Source of the DNA: Verrucomicrobiales bacterium | GTDB lineage: Bacteria; Verrucomicrobiota; Verrucomicrobiia; Limisphaerales; Palsa-1400 | Direction: 5' to 3' | NCBI GenBank assembly: GCA_003138485.1 | Contig: PLGF01000135.1 | Coordinates: forward strand, 104,656 to 168,655 | DNA length: 64,000 nt | Part shown: piece after piece, positions 37,331 to 47,962 of the stretch | How positions within the stretch are numbered: the first letter of the stretch is position 1 | How the letters are laid out: every line of letters starts with the position of its first letter | Notes under the pieces: model-generated | Told to the model about the DNA's origin: nothing | The model's database searches: none | What the model saw: the letters and a program-made list of their open reading frames with translations, nothing else | Position numbers and translations under genes: made by a program

Positions 37331-39538
37331 ATGAGCGCATCGAAACAAGTGGAAGACGCTGTTTTTTTCACGGCGCTGAACCTGACCGACTTGGGGCAGC
37401 GAAAACTCTTTCTGGACCAAGCCTGCGCCGGCAATCCGGGATTGCGGGCGGCGGTGGAGGATTTATTGGCGGCGCAGGGCGACGCCGAGCATTTCATTGC
37501 CAAGGGCCGCGCCGCGCTGCATCTGCCAACGGAGGCCTTTGCATCCGGCATGGCAACGGGCGCCGACGAGCCGACCCGCCTGGACGAGGAGATTGGCACG
37601 CGGGTTGGCCGCTACAAACTGCTGCAGCGGATCGGCGAGGGCGGCTGTGGCGTGGTTTACATGGCCGAGCAGGAGGAACCCGTGCATCGGCGCGTGGCGC
37701 TGAAGGTGATCAAACTTGGAATGGACACCAAGAGCGTCATCGCGCGCTTTGACGCGGAGCGGCAGGCTCTGGCCTTGATGGATCATCCGAACATTGCCCG
37801 CGTTCTGGACGCGGGTGCGACGGAAGCCGGGCGGCCCTATTTCGTCATGGAACTGGTGCGCGGGGTCAGAATCACCGAATACTGCGACCAAAACCACCTG
37901 GACACGCGGCAGCGGCTGGAATTGTTCATCCAGGCGTGCCACGCGATCCAGCACGCGCATCACAAAGGCGTCGTTCATCGAGACATCAAACCGTCCAATA
38001 TATTGGTGACGATGCACGACGGCGTGCCTGTGCCGAAAGTCATTGATTTCGGCATTGCCAAGGCGATCGAAGGAAAGTTGACTGAGCACACTCTCTTTAC
38101 CGCGTACGAACAACTGGTCGGCACGCCCGCTTACATGAGCCCCGAGCAGGCGGAAATGAGCGGCCTGGACGTGGACACTCGCAGCGACATTTACAGCCTC
38201 GGCGTTCTGCTCTACGAACTGCTGACGGGTCGCACGCCGTTCGATGGGAAAGAGCTGATGAAATCGGGTTTGGACCAAATGCGGCGGACTTTGCGCGAAA
38301 AGGAACCGCAACGGCCTTCCAACATACTCACCACCTTGCATGGCACGGAGTTGAAGGCGACGGCGGAACATCGTCACGCCGAAGCGCCCAAATTGATTTC
38401 CCTGCTCAAAGGCGACCTGGACTGGATTGTGATGAAGGCTTTGGAGAAGGACCGCGCGCGCCGTTACGAAACCGCCAACGGGCTGGCCATGGACGTGGAA
38501 CGTTATTTGCTGAACGAGCCGGTCGTCGCCCGTCCGCCGAGCCGGCTGTATCGTTTTCAAAAACTGGTCCGAAGAAACAAGCTTGTTTTTGCCTCGGGAG
38601 CGGCCGTGAGCCTGGCGCTGGTCATTGGATTGGGCGTCTCCACGGTTCTCTTTCTCAAGGAGAAGGAGGCTTGGCGCGAGCAGGCCCGCTTGCGGGAAGA
38701 GGCCCAGCGTTCCCAGCAGCGCGAGAACGAACTGCGCCTTCAGGCCGAGGCTAAAGAGAAGATCAATCAAGCGGCCATTTACGTGAGCCAGGAACGATTT
38801 GACGAGGCCGATCAGCTTTTGGAAACGATCAAGACGCTGCCGCCCAAGCCGAGCTTTGATGGAGTGAATGCTTACCGAAGCGTGGGCGAGTGGCTGGCTC
38901 TTCAGGGCCGGTGGCGCGAGGCGGCGAACCGATTTCTACCCCTCATGCAGATTGACCGTCTGGACGAGTGGCGGGTGGTGACCCTGGATTATCAGGCCTG
39001 CGGCGCGGTCCTGGCGGAATGCGGCGACCGGGAACGCTACGCCCAATTCTGCCAGACCGCCGTAATCAACTATGGCGCCACGACCAACGGAGACATGGCT
39101 GGACGCATCCTCAAAACCTGCCTTTTGATGCCTCCGGGCAAGGATTTGATGGCCCAATTGCGGCTGATGGCGGAAGTGGCGGATCAGTATTTCGCACCGA
39201 TCCCAGAGAAGGATTTTCCTGAATGGGCGGTCATTCATTTGAGTTTGTGGGATTATCGTCAGAGCAACTACGGCCAAGCCGAAGCCTGGGGCCAGCGCCT
39301 TGCCGGGAGGGGCAAAGGCACGGCTTTGGAGGCGACGGCCCGCGTCATCATGGCCATGTCGTGTTACAAGAGCGGCCAGGCCGAAGAAGCCCGCGGCGAA
39401 CTGGCGCAGGGCCGCGCACTCATTGAGGGCAAATTCAAGGCGGGCTTGGACCACGGCAACGGCGCCGATGGATTTTGGTTCGACTGGATCTTCGCCCGTC
39501 TCCTGCTGCGGGAGGCGGACGGTCTTCTCGGAGCATAG
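37331..39538 (+). CDS. Ser/Thr protein kinase, membrane-spanning, ECF-sigma-associated
   Basis: GEGGCGVVY, VALKVIK, HRDIKPSN, DFGIAK, SPEQ. TM helix LVFASGAAVSLALVIGLGVSTVLFL. C-terminal helical-repeat domain. Confidence 0.85.
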   Translation: MSASKQVEDAVFFTALNLTDLGQRKLFLDQACAGNPGLRAAVEDLLAAQGDAEHFIAKGRAALHLPTEAFASGMATGADEPTRLDEEIGTRVGRYKLLQRIGEGGCGVVYMAEQEEPVHRRVALKVIKLGMDTKSVIARFDAERQALALMDHPNIARVLDAGATEAGRPYFVMELVRGVRITEYCDQNHLDTRQRLELFIQACHAIQHAHHKGVVHRDIKPSNILVTMHDGVPVPKVIDFGIAKAIEGKLTEHTLFTAYEQLVGTPAYMSPEQAEMSGLDVDTRSDIYSLGVLLYELLTGRTPFDGKELMKSGLDQMRRTLREKEPQRPSNILTTLHGTELKATAEHRHAEAPKLISLLKGDLDWIVMKALEKDRARRYETANGLAMDVERYLLNEPVVARPPSRLYRFQKLVRRNKLVFASGAAVSLALVIGLGVSTVLFLKEKEAWREQARLREEAQRSQQRENELRLQAEAKEKINQAAIYVSQERFDEADQLLETIKTLPPKPSFDGVNAYRSVGEWLALQGRWREAANRFLPLMQIDRLDEWRVVTLDYQACGAVLAECGDRERYAQFCQTAVINYGATTNGDMAGRILKTCLLMPPGKDLMAQLRLMAEVADQYFAPIPEKDFPEWAVIHLSLWDYRQSNYGQAEAWGQRLAGRGKGTALEATARVIMAMSCYKSGQAEEARGELAQGRALIEGKFKAGLDHGNGADGFWFDWIFARLLLREADGLLGA

Positions 39539-39708
39539 GGCGGCCCGCAGGCGGCCGGGAATCACTTCAAGCCCACCGCGGGAAAGTATTCCAAGAAAAT
39601 TGGCGGACTTCGAACCACAAAGGCGCGTCTGTGATTAAAGCCCGGGAAGTGCGCTTCGGTGAATGCCCATCTTCTCGCGCACGACGACAACACAATAACA
39701 GCTTATAC

Positions 39709-42438
39709 ATGAAACAGAATACTTTAACTTCGTGGTCCATCATCGCGGCAGGCGTCGCGATTCTCTCGATGATGCCAGCGACGGCTTCGGCCCAAACACT
39801 GCTCAACCGCTGGAGTTTTGACAACGGCGGCGTGGCGACCACTCCAGGCAGCGGCGGCACGGTCGTCGATTCGGTTGGGGGTCAAATCGGCACTTTGGAG
39901 GGCGATGCATATTTCGACGGCACCAACGTTGTATTGGACGGCACCTACGGAACGGATGTCGAGTTGGTGGGCGGGTTGCTTACCAACCTGACCGCCGTAA
40001 GTCTGGAAGGTTGGGTGAACTGCACGGTGTCGGGGGGGAGCGCTCATTTGTGGGAATTCGGCGACGGCAACGGCACAGGCAACGAGTATGCCCGCTATGT
40101 CATCTATCAGAATGGCAACTCATCGAGCCAGATGGAACTGGCCGATTTTGGAGGCACCACCGGAGACCCCAATCAGGAATTGGTGGCGGCGACGGGTTTT
40201 GGAGGAGTGCCCGTGCATGTTATTTGCACCTATGATCAAGTCGCCGGCGTGCAGTTGATTTACACCAACGGCGTGCTGGAAGCCAGCCGGTCATTTCCCT
40301 CCGATCAAACCACGTTGAGCAGCGTCTCGACCGATGAGGCTGCGCTCGGAAAATCCCCGTGGTATGCCTACGGAGACGCCTTTACAGCCGGAACCATCCC
40401 TGAGTTCCGCATTTGGAATGCCGCGCTGAACCCGCTCCAGGTGGCCGCCCTCGACGCCGCCGGCCCAAAAACCGTCAGCACCAACTACGGCACGGTGACG
40501 GGTGTGCAGTTGAATGTTTCTTATCAGATGAGCGTCCACCAGATACAGCAAGCGGTGGTCCTGGCGACGGCCTCGGGCTTGAGTGTGCAGCCCAACATCG
40601 CCCCGCTGGCCACTTACGTCTCCGGAAACACCAGCATTCTAACCGTAAGCTCCACTGGCGCAATCGACGCCTTGGCCTCTGGTCCGGCGACGATCACGGC
40701 GATTTACGGAACGGTTTCAAACACCCAGACCATCACTGTTTCGCAACCGGCGGCTGTCCTGAGCAATCGCTGGAGCTTCTACGCGCCGTCGGCAACGGCA
40801 GGCAGCCCAACGGTGACGGATTCCGTCAATGGCGTTGTTGCCACCTTGGAAGGTGATGCCATTCTCGATGGAACGAACGTTAATTTGGATGGCACGGCGG
40901 GAACCTATGTCGAATTGAGTTCCAATCTCATCTCAGGCATTGCAAGCCTGACCTGCGAAGGCTGGATTTCGACCAATTCGATCTCGCCGGACAACGTGCA
41001 TTTGTTTGAGTTTAGCGATGGCGTGGGGAAAGGCAACGCCTACTACCGTTACAATTTGCACGAAAGTGGGAACGCCAACAATTTCTCCGAGATAGCGGAC
41101 GTCAGCACCGGCGGGAGCTCAAAACTGCAATCGACGCCTGGTTTGGGTGGATACGGCATGCTCCATATCGTCACCATTTATGATCCTGTCGCACAAGTGG
41201 AGGCCATTTTCACCAACGGCTCCCTTGAGGTGGCGGAGTCGGGCGTGACAACCTCCTTGAGCGGCGTGGCCACCAATGAGGCTGCGCTGGGCCAGTCTCC
41301 TTGGTTCGCCTATGGCGATCCTTATTTGAACGGTTCCATCAAGGAATTCCGCATTTACTCCGGTGAATTGACTCCCCAGCAAATCGCGATCAATTACTTG
41401 GCGGGGCCGGGCGCTCTAAACACCAACGGGCCGGGAGCGCTTCAATCCATCGCGCTGCAAATGGAGCCGACCATGAATCTTGGGGTGTCCGCAACGCCAC
41501 GCTTGCTGGTGACTTATGCCAAGCTGACCAACTTCGATCTTACCGAGAACAGCATCTTCCCGGTGGCGGGATTGACGGTCATTTCCAGCGCCACGAACAT
41601 CATCAGCGTCAACGCGAACAACGTCCTTACGGCCGTGACCAACGGCACCGCCACCATCACGGCGACTTATCAAGGTTTCACCAGCCAGGCCACGGTCACG
41701 GTGGTTCTGCCGCCCTTCAAATACAACTGGTCGGCGCCAGTGGCGTTCAACAGCCTGAACGCGGATCAAATCCTGACCAACGTCCCGGGCGTTATTCTTG
41801 GCGCGGCCGTCTTCGGCGGCACACCCCAGACGGTCACCTTGAGCGACGGACAAGTCATCAGCTTCACGGCGGACGGCTCGGTGGCTGCCGCCAGCGGAAA
41901 TGGCACGTTCGCGGGAGCCTATCCCGCCGGCACCGCCAACACGACCGGGAACGCCGACTTTGACGCGGTCTTAAATGAGGGCTCGTGGGACGGCGGACCC
42001 AAGACCATCTCGATCAACAACCTCACAGTGGGCCAGTATTACTCGGTGCAGTTGTTCGGGCTGGACGACCGCAGCGGCGGAGAAACCAGCCGTCTGGCCA
42101 ACTACCAGGATCCGAATTATGTCTTGGACGTTTCCGGAACCTTCCACATGGGAGACAATGTGTATGTGGTTGGAGCCTTCTGGGCCTCCAACACGACAGA
42201 AAATGTCAAGATGAACCTACCCACCGGCAATGCCGGCAACATCAACGCGCTGGTGGTGCGTCAAGTGCCTACCGTAGCCATTCAAGAGGCGGGCGTCAGC
42301 ATCCAGTTGACCTGGCCGGCCGGCACGTTGCTCCAGGCGCCGACCTTGGCCGGACCGTGGACCACAAACGCGAACACGTCGCCCTACACGTTCGCACCGA
42401 CGGAACCGCACATGTTCTATCGGGTACAGTTGCCATAG
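39709..42438 (+). CDS. secreted protein with two LamG/ConA-like lectin modules, Ig-like (Big_2-type) modules and a C-terminal ...FYRV module
   Basis: Signal ...ATASAQ. Each LamG unit opens L(L/S)NRWSF and closes EFRI(W/Y). Ig-like segment SGNTSILTVSSTGAIDALASGPATITA. Ends HMFYRVQLP. Confidence 0.75.
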   Translation: MKQNTLTSWSIIAAGVAILSMMPATASAQTLLNRWSFDNGGVATTPGSGGTVVDSVGGQIGTLEGDAYFDGTNVVLDGTYGTDVELVGGLLTNLTAVSLEGWVNCTVSGGSAHLWEFGDGNGTGNEYARYVIYQNGNSSSQMELADFGGTTGDPNQELVAATGFGGVPVHVICTYDQVAGVQLIYTNGVLEASRSFPSDQTTLSSVSTDEAALGKSPWYAYGDAFTAGTIPEFRIWNAALNPLQVAALDAAGPKTVSTNYGTVTGVQLNVSYQMSVHQIQQAVVLATASGLSVQPNIAPLATYVSGNTSILTVSSTGAIDALASGPATITAIYGTVSNTQTITVSQPAAVLSNRWSFYAPSATAGSPTVTDSVNGVVATLEGDAILDGTNVNLDGTAGTYVELSSNLISGIASLTCEGWISTNSISPDNVHLFEFSDGVGKGNAYYRYNLHESGNANNFSEIADVSTGGSSKLQSTPGLGGYGMLHIVTIYDPVAQVEAIFTNGSLEVAESGVTTSLSGVATNEAALGQSPWFAYGDPYLNGSIKEFRIYSGELTPQQIAINYLAGPGALNTNGPGALQSIALQMEPTMNLGVSATPRLLVTYAKLTNFDLTENSIFPVAGLTVISSATNIISVNANNVLTAVTNGTATITATYQGFTSQATVTVVLPPFKYNWSAPVAFNSLNADQILTNVPGVILGAAVFGGTPQTVTLSDGQVISFTADGSVAAASGNGTFAGAYPAGTANTTGNADFDAVLNEGSWDGGPKTISINNLTVGQYYSVQLFGLDDRSGGETSRLANYQDPNYVLDVSGTFHMGDNVYVVGAFWASNTTENVKMNLPTGNAGNINALVVRQVPTVAIQEAGVSIQLTWPAGTLLQAPTLAGPWTTNANTSPYTFAPTEPHMFYRVQLP

Positions 42439-42459
42439 AATCCGGTCAAACCGAGCCTG

Positions 42460-42497
42460 CCCGCCGCAGGCCGATGCCCTGCGGCGGGTTCTTTGTT
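42460..42497 (+). terminator. intrinsic terminator
   Basis: Perfect 11-bp stem CCCGCCGCAGG/CCTGCGGCGGG with a 7-nt loop, followed by TTCTTTGTT. Confidence 0.8.
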
Positions 42498-42553
42498 GAA
42501 AACTTTTTGAAGCGTGACAAAGACTTGCAAGGATGGCAGGGAAAGGCGCAGAG

Positions 42554-44209
42554 ATGAATACGTTTAGCTTGTGGAGGAGCGTTGCGCGAGTCATTCCAAT
42601 TCTGTCGATGGGATGTGGCCTGACGGTGCGGGGCATGGATGATGGGCCGGCGACATCATTCCATTGCCGCATCAGTGCCGATGCCGAGCCGGTGTTGCCG
42701 GGAAAATTCCAACCGACCTGGGAGTCCTTAAAGCAATATCAGTGTCCAAAGTGGTTTCGCGACGCCAAATTCGGCATCTGGGCTCACTGGGGGCCGCAAT
42801 GCGAACCGGAGGACGGCGATTGGTATGCGCGGGGCATGTATCAAACCGGCAGTGACCCGTACCGGTTCCATACCAATCACTACGGTTCCCCGGCCGCCTT
42901 CGGGTTCAAGGATGTCATCCACCGGTGGAAGGCGGAGAATTGGGACCCGGAAAAGCTGGTCGAACTTTACAAACGCGCCGGCGCCCAATACTTCTTCGCC
43001 CTGGCCAACCACCACGATAACTTCGACAACTGGGACTCGAAATACCAACCGTGGAATTCGGTCAACGCCGGCCCGCACAAGGATTTGATCGGCGGCTGGG
43101 CCAAAGCGGCGCGGAAAAACGGATTGCGCTTCGGCGTCAGCGTGCATGCGGCGCATACGTGGACGTGGTATGAACCATCCCAGGATTATGACGGCAAACT
43201 GACCAAGGAGGAAGGCAAGGGGCTTTGGTGGGACGGCCTGGACCCGCAAGACTTGTATGCCCAGAACCATTCGCGGAGCGAGGACAGTCGCAACCCCGGG
43301 AAAATCCATTCCCAATGGAACTGGGGCAACGGCGCGAGCCTGCCCGACCAGGCCTATTGCGACAAGTTTTACAACCGCACGGTGGACCTCATCAACAAAT
43401 ACCGTCCCGACCTGATTTATTTTGACGACACGGCCCTTCCTTTATGGCCGGTGAGCGACGCGGGCCTGAAGATTGCGGCGCACTTTTACAACAGCAACCT
43501 CAAATGGCATGGCGCCGATGATGAAGGCGTGCTGTTCGGCAAGATTCTCAACGAGGATCAACGGCAATGCATGGTGTGGGACATTGAGCGCGGGAGGGCC
43601 AACGAGATTGAGACGTTTCCCTGGCAAACCGACACCTGCATCGGCGGCTGGCATTACGACCGGAGCCTGTTCACTCAACATCGCTACAAGAGCGCCCAAT
43701 CCGTCATCCAGGCTTTGGCCGACATCGTGAGCAAGAACGGCAACCTCCTCTTGAGCATCCCGGTGCGCGGCGACGGAACCATCGACAGTGACGAGTTGCA
43801 AGTGGTCCAAGGCATCGCGGATTGGATGGACGTGAACAAGGAATGTATTTTCGGCACGCGCCCTTGGAAAGTGTTTGGCGAAGGCCCCGCCTCCGGTGGC
43901 GCGAAACTGAGTGCGCAAGGGTTCAACGAAGGCAAAGGCAAGCCGTTCACGGCGCAAGATGTTCGCTTCACGCAAACGAGCGACGCGCTCTACGCCGTTG
44001 TGCTGGGTTGGCCGGCCAACGGAGTGAACATTGCGTCCCTGGGCACAAAGGCGAAGTTGCTGGACCGATCCATCAAAAAAATCAACTTGCTGGGCAGCAA
44101 GGAAAAAATCACATGGCAGCAGACGGATGACGCGATGGTCATCCAACAGCCCAAAAACGAACCGAACGATTTCGCCATCGTTTTCAAAATCACGTTGAAA
44201 AGCATTTAA
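42554..44209 (+). CDS. GH29 alpha-L-fucosidase
   Basis: FQPTWESLKQYQCPKWFRDAKFGIWAHWGPQ opening, the later GH29 blocks and a C-terminal beta-sandwich. Confidence 0.85.
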   Translation: MNTFSLWRSVARVIPILSMGCGLTVRGMDDGPATSFHCRISADAEPVLPGKFQPTWESLKQYQCPKWFRDAKFGIWAHWGPQCEPEDGDWYARGMYQTGSDPYRFHTNHYGSPAAFGFKDVIHRWKAENWDPEKLVELYKRAGAQYFFALANHHDNFDNWDSKYQPWNSVNAGPHKDLIGGWAKAARKNGLRFGVSVHAAHTWTWYEPSQDYDGKLTKEEGKGLWWDGLDPQDLYAQNHSRSEDSRNPGKIHSQWNWGNGASLPDQAYCDKFYNRTVDLINKYRPDLIYFDDTALPLWPVSDAGLKIAAHFYNSNLKWHGADDEGVLFGKILNEDQRQCMVWDIERGRANEIETFPWQTDTCIGGWHYDRSLFTQHRYKSAQSVIQALADIVSKNGNLLLSIPVRGDGTIDSDELQVVQGIADWMDVNKECIFGTRPWKVFGEGPASGGAKLSAQGFNEGKGKPFTAQDVRFTQTSDALYAVVLGWPANGVNIASLGTKAKLLDRSIKKINLLGSKEKITWQQTDDAMVIQQPKNEPNDFAIVFKITLKSI

Positions 44210-44261
44210 TTTGACAAAACACAAAAACTCACACCGGTATCCAATTTCACCCGCATCGCGG

Positions 44262-47200
44262 ATGTTGAAATTCAGCATCGAAGTTCTTTTCCTCGCAGCG
44301 GCGATTTCAGCAGTCGCCTACACCCTTCCCGTTTTACCGCCCATGCCGCCTGTTCCAGCGCCGTTGCCGGCCGGCACCGTTCCGATGGGCAATCCGGCGA
44401 TTTTTACGGAAACAAACATGGACTTCGCCATCGAGACCAACGGGCCGTTCCAGCCGACGTGGTCGTCCATCGCGGCCAACTATCCGGCCAACCCGCCGGA
44501 CTGGCTGCGACAGGCAAAGTTTGGCATCTGGGTTCACTACGGGCCGGAAGCTGCTCTTGCCAGCGGCGATTGGTCTGCCCAGCATATGTATCAGCAGGGG
44601 GCGGAGGCCTATAACAATCACCTGAGTAATTATGGTTATCCCACCACCAACGGATACAAGGATGTCATCCATACATGGAGTCCAACCAACTATAATCCCG
44701 CCGGGCTGGCGCAGCTTTATTACAACGCCGGGGCGAGGTTCCTGCTCATCCAGGGCGTCCATCACGACCAGTTCGACGAATGGAACTCGACGTACAACCC
44801 GTGGAATGCGGTGAACTTCGGTCCGCGGCGGGATACAATGGCGGAATGGACCAACGCCGTCCGCTCGCTCGGAATGCACTTCGGCGTTGCCTTTCACCAC
44901 GAATACGGCTGGTGGTGGTACCAGCCCGCATACCTGAGCGATACTTCGGGACCTAAGGAGGGTGTTCCTTATGATGCCCTCACGGCGACGAATGGCACGG
45001 GTACATGGTGGCAGAACTACGACCTCCGCCGACTTTACCTCGTCAACCTGCAAGAGTATGAGGGTGTTTCCAATCCCGGCACCGGTTACTTTAATCCGTC
45101 TCAGGGTATTTTCACGAACCATTTGGACTACGCGTATTGGTATGCCACGCAATGGGCGCTGCGCATTATTGACGTGATCCAGAATTACGATCCTGATTTT
45201 ATTTACGCGGACGGCAATTCCACCCAGCCGTTCAGCGGTTACGCGACCGGAACAGGTTACTATTGCGACGCGATGGAACGAGTCATGGCCCACTACTACA
45301 ACGAGGCCTTGTTGAGACGCGGTCAGGTGAACACATTTAGTTTCGTCAAATTCCACCCGCCTTCGGGAGGCGTCGCCACGACGGCCGAGGGCAATTACGG
45401 CTCGGCCATCAATACAGCCCAGCCTTGGTTCGCAGAAACGGCGGTCGGGGATTGGTACTATAATACCGGTTTCGTGTATGACTCTGGCGGCATGATGGTC
45501 CATTGGCTGCTCGAAGCCGCTTCGCGCGATGGTGGCGCGGTCATCAATATTTGTCCCAATCCGGCCGGTTCGCTGGACAGCGGCGCCACAAATATGCTCG
45601 TGGGCGTCGGTCAGTGGATGGCGATCAATGGCGAGGGAATTTATGGGGGCAGAGCCTGGGTTGTAAATGGCGAAGGGACGGGATTGCTTCCGACTGGAAA
45701 TCTTGGCTCGATCCAAGCCAACTATGACTATGGCACCAATGATTTTCGGTTCATGGTCGGTTCGAATGGCTCGCTTTACGCCTATTGCATGAAGGTGCCC
45801 GCGGCCGGCACGAAACTCACCATCAAATCTCTTGGCACAAGTTCGAATCTGTTGGCAAAGGCGATTACGTCAGTTTCCCTTCTTGGCAGCACCAATCAAC
45901 TTGTCTGGGCGCAACAGGCCAGCGGACTGGTCATCATCTGCCCATCCACCATGCCGGTTCTCCCGGCGAACACGGCGGTCGCCTTCAAAATCGGTTCGCC
46001 GCAATCCATCGGCAGTGCCGTGCCCGAGAACGTCATCGCCATGCCGGAAACCAACCAGATCATTCTGGCGTGGAATTATCCCACCACAACTGCCGCCTTC
46101 ACGGTGATGCGTTCCACCATCCACGGCGGGCCTTATACCACCAATACGACGGGCCTGACCAACACGACTTATGTGGACACCAACATCGTCGCCGGCACAC
46201 TCTATTTTTACATTGTATCAGCCGTTGACATTGCCGGTCCATCCATTAACTCCGCGGAAGTGTCCGCCGCGCTGGCCGGGCCGCCTTCCAGCGATTGGTT
46301 AACGGAGGACGTTGGCGCAGTGGGAGCTGCGGGATCATTCAGTTTGACAAGCAATGTGTTCACCATTCAGGGTTCCGGCGCGGACATCTGGTATCAGGCG
46401 GACGCATTCCGTTATGTCTTTCAGGCATTGAACGGCGATTGTTCCATCACCGCGCGGGTGCTGAACATGCAAGACACCGCGCCGTGGGCCAAAGCCGGCG
46501 TGATGATCCGCGAAACGCTCGATCCGGCTTCGCAGTATGTCATCAACTTCATCTCGCCAGTCAACGGAACCGCCTTGCAACAGCGCTATGGCACGGCCTC
46601 CTCGGCTTCAGGCGTGACTGTATCATCCGGCCTTGCCGCGCCTTATTGGGTGCGGTTGGCGCGCACAGGGAACGTTTTCAGAGCGTATGCCGCGCCCGAT
46701 GGCGTGAACTGGACATTGACTGGCACGACGAAGGTCGCGATGAATTCCAACGTTTATGTCGGTCTTGCCGTGTGCAGCGTGGACAATGGGACGTTGTGCC
46801 AGGCACAATTCGACAATGTCACGTTCTCCACCTCCGCTGTCGTTGTGTCATCGCCATTGCCCGCGTTGATCCATCGCTACAGCTTCAATGAAACCAGCGG
46901 CACAATTGCCCACGACTTCGTTGGCGGGGCCAACGGCACGTTGCAAGGCGATGCCCAATTCAATGGTATCGGCCAAGTGACATTGCCCGGCAGCAGGGGT
47001 TCGTATGTTCTTCTGCCTGGCGGGCTGTTGAACGGTTTGTCGAATGTGACCATCGAAGCTTGGGTGACCAATGCAGTTTCGCCCGACAACGTGGCGCTGT
47101 TCTCGTTCGACGACGGATTACAGGACGGTGTCGGTGGCGGCTATCTGCGCTATGTGCTGCATGATGAAAGTAATGGCCGCAGTTTTCTTGAACTGGCCAG

Positions 47201-47720
47201 CAGCAGCGGAAGTCCGTTGATTCCGGGTTATCCCGGATTAGGGGGGCAATATGTTCATGTCGTTTGCATTTACAGTCCAGCGGGGGGATATGCGATCATC
47301 TACACCAACGGCACACTCGAAACCAGCCAGAGTGTCTCCACTCCTTTGAGCGCCGTGAGCACCAACGCGGCGGCGTTGGGCAGATCGCCTTGGAGCAGCG
47401 ATCCTTGGCTGGCTGGCGCCATTGATGAATTTCGTATTTACTCCGGGGAATTGTTGCCGGCCGACATCGCCGCCGCGCAGATCATCGGTCCGAATGTGCT
47501 GCTGACGACCAATGTATCGCTGGTCGTTTCCCAGGGAAACGGAACGCTCGCTTTCAACTGGCCGGTGGCTGGCTCCGATTTCACCCTCGAATGGAGTCCG
47601 ACTTTAGGCCGCGACGCTGTGTGGACGGTGGTGGACGTTACGCCTGCCATTGTCGGCACAAACAATCAGGTCGTGGTGACCCCGACAAACGCGACAATGT
47701 TTTTTCGATTGGCAAGGTAA
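44262..47720 (+). CDS. GH29 alpha-L-fucosidase fused to FN3, a DUF1349/ConA-like module, a LamG module and a C-terminal ...FFRL module
   Basis: FQPTWSSIAANY...AKFGIWVHYGPE (GH29). FN3 block LAWNYPT...YFYIVSAVD. GSGADIWYQADAFRYVFQ...WAKAGVMIRE (ConA-like). LIHRYSFNE...IDEFRIYSG (LamG). Ends TMFFRLAR. Confidence 0.8.
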   Translation: MLKFSIEVLFLAAAISAVAYTLPVLPPMPPVPAPLPAGTVPMGNPAIFTETNMDFAIETNGPFQPTWSSIAANYPANPPDWLRQAKFGIWVHYGPEAALASGDWSAQHMYQQGAEAYNNHLSNYGYPTTNGYKDVIHTWSPTNYNPAGLAQLYYNAGARFLLIQGVHHDQFDEWNSTYNPWNAVNFGPRRDTMAEWTNAVRSLGMHFGVAFHHEYGWWWYQPAYLSDTSGPKEGVPYDALTATNGTGTWWQNYDLRRLYLVNLQEYEGVSNPGTGYFNPSQGIFTNHLDYAYWYATQWALRIIDVIQNYDPDFIYADGNSTQPFSGYATGTGYYCDAMERVMAHYYNEALLRRGQVNTFSFVKFHPPSGGVATTAEGNYGSAINTAQPWFAETAVGDWYYNTGFVYDSGGMMVHWLLEAASRDGGAVINICPNPAGSLDSGATNMLVGVGQWMAINGEGIYGGRAWVVNGEGTGLLPTGNLGSIQANYDYGTNDFRFMVGSNGSLYAYCMKVPAAGTKLTIKSLGTSSNLLAKAITSVSLLGSTNQLVWAQQASGLVIICPSTMPVLPANTAVAFKIGSPQSIGSAVPENVIAMPETNQIILAWNYPTTTAAFTVMRSTIHGGPYTTNTTGLTNTTYVDTNIVAGTLYFYIVSAVDIAGPSINSAEVSAALAGPPSSDWLTEDVGAVGAAGSFSLTSNVFTIQGSGADIWYQADAFRYVFQALNGDCSITARVLNMQDTAPWAKAGVMIRETLDPASQYVINFISPVNGTALQQRYGTASSASGVTVSSGLAAPYWVRLARTGNVFRAYAAPDGVNWTLTGTTKVAMNSNVYVGLAVCSVDNGTLCQAQFDNVTFSTSAVVVSSPLPALIHRYSFNETSGTIAHDFVGGANGTLQGDAQFNGIGQVTLPGSRGSYVLLPGGLLNGLSNVTIEAWVTNAVSPDNVALFSFDDGLQDGVGGGYLRYVLHDESNGRSFLELASSSGSPLIPGYPGLGGQYVHVVCIYSPAGGYAIIYTNGTLETSQSVSTPLSAVSTNAAALGRSPWSSDPWLAGAIDEFRIYSGELLPADIAAAQIIGPNVLLTTNVSLVVSQGNGTLAFNWPVAGSDFTLEWSPTLGRDAVWTVVDVTPAIVGTNNQVVVTPTNATMFFRLAR

Positions 47721-47962
47721 AACCCTGGCTGACAATCTGCAATTTGTCAATCAGAGCTATCAAGCGCCAAAGCATGCAAATGTCATGAAAGAGATCCAAA
47801 TACTTCTGGCGCGGGTCAATCCGCCGTCGCGCTCCCGCGACATGGAGGGACACGGAGTGCGCAGCGCTCGTCCCTCCCGGAGAACGGCCAGTCAAGGCCC
47901 GTCATCAGGATACGGCGCGAAAAATTTTGCAATTGGGGGCGGGCTGCGCCACTGTGTGCGGC

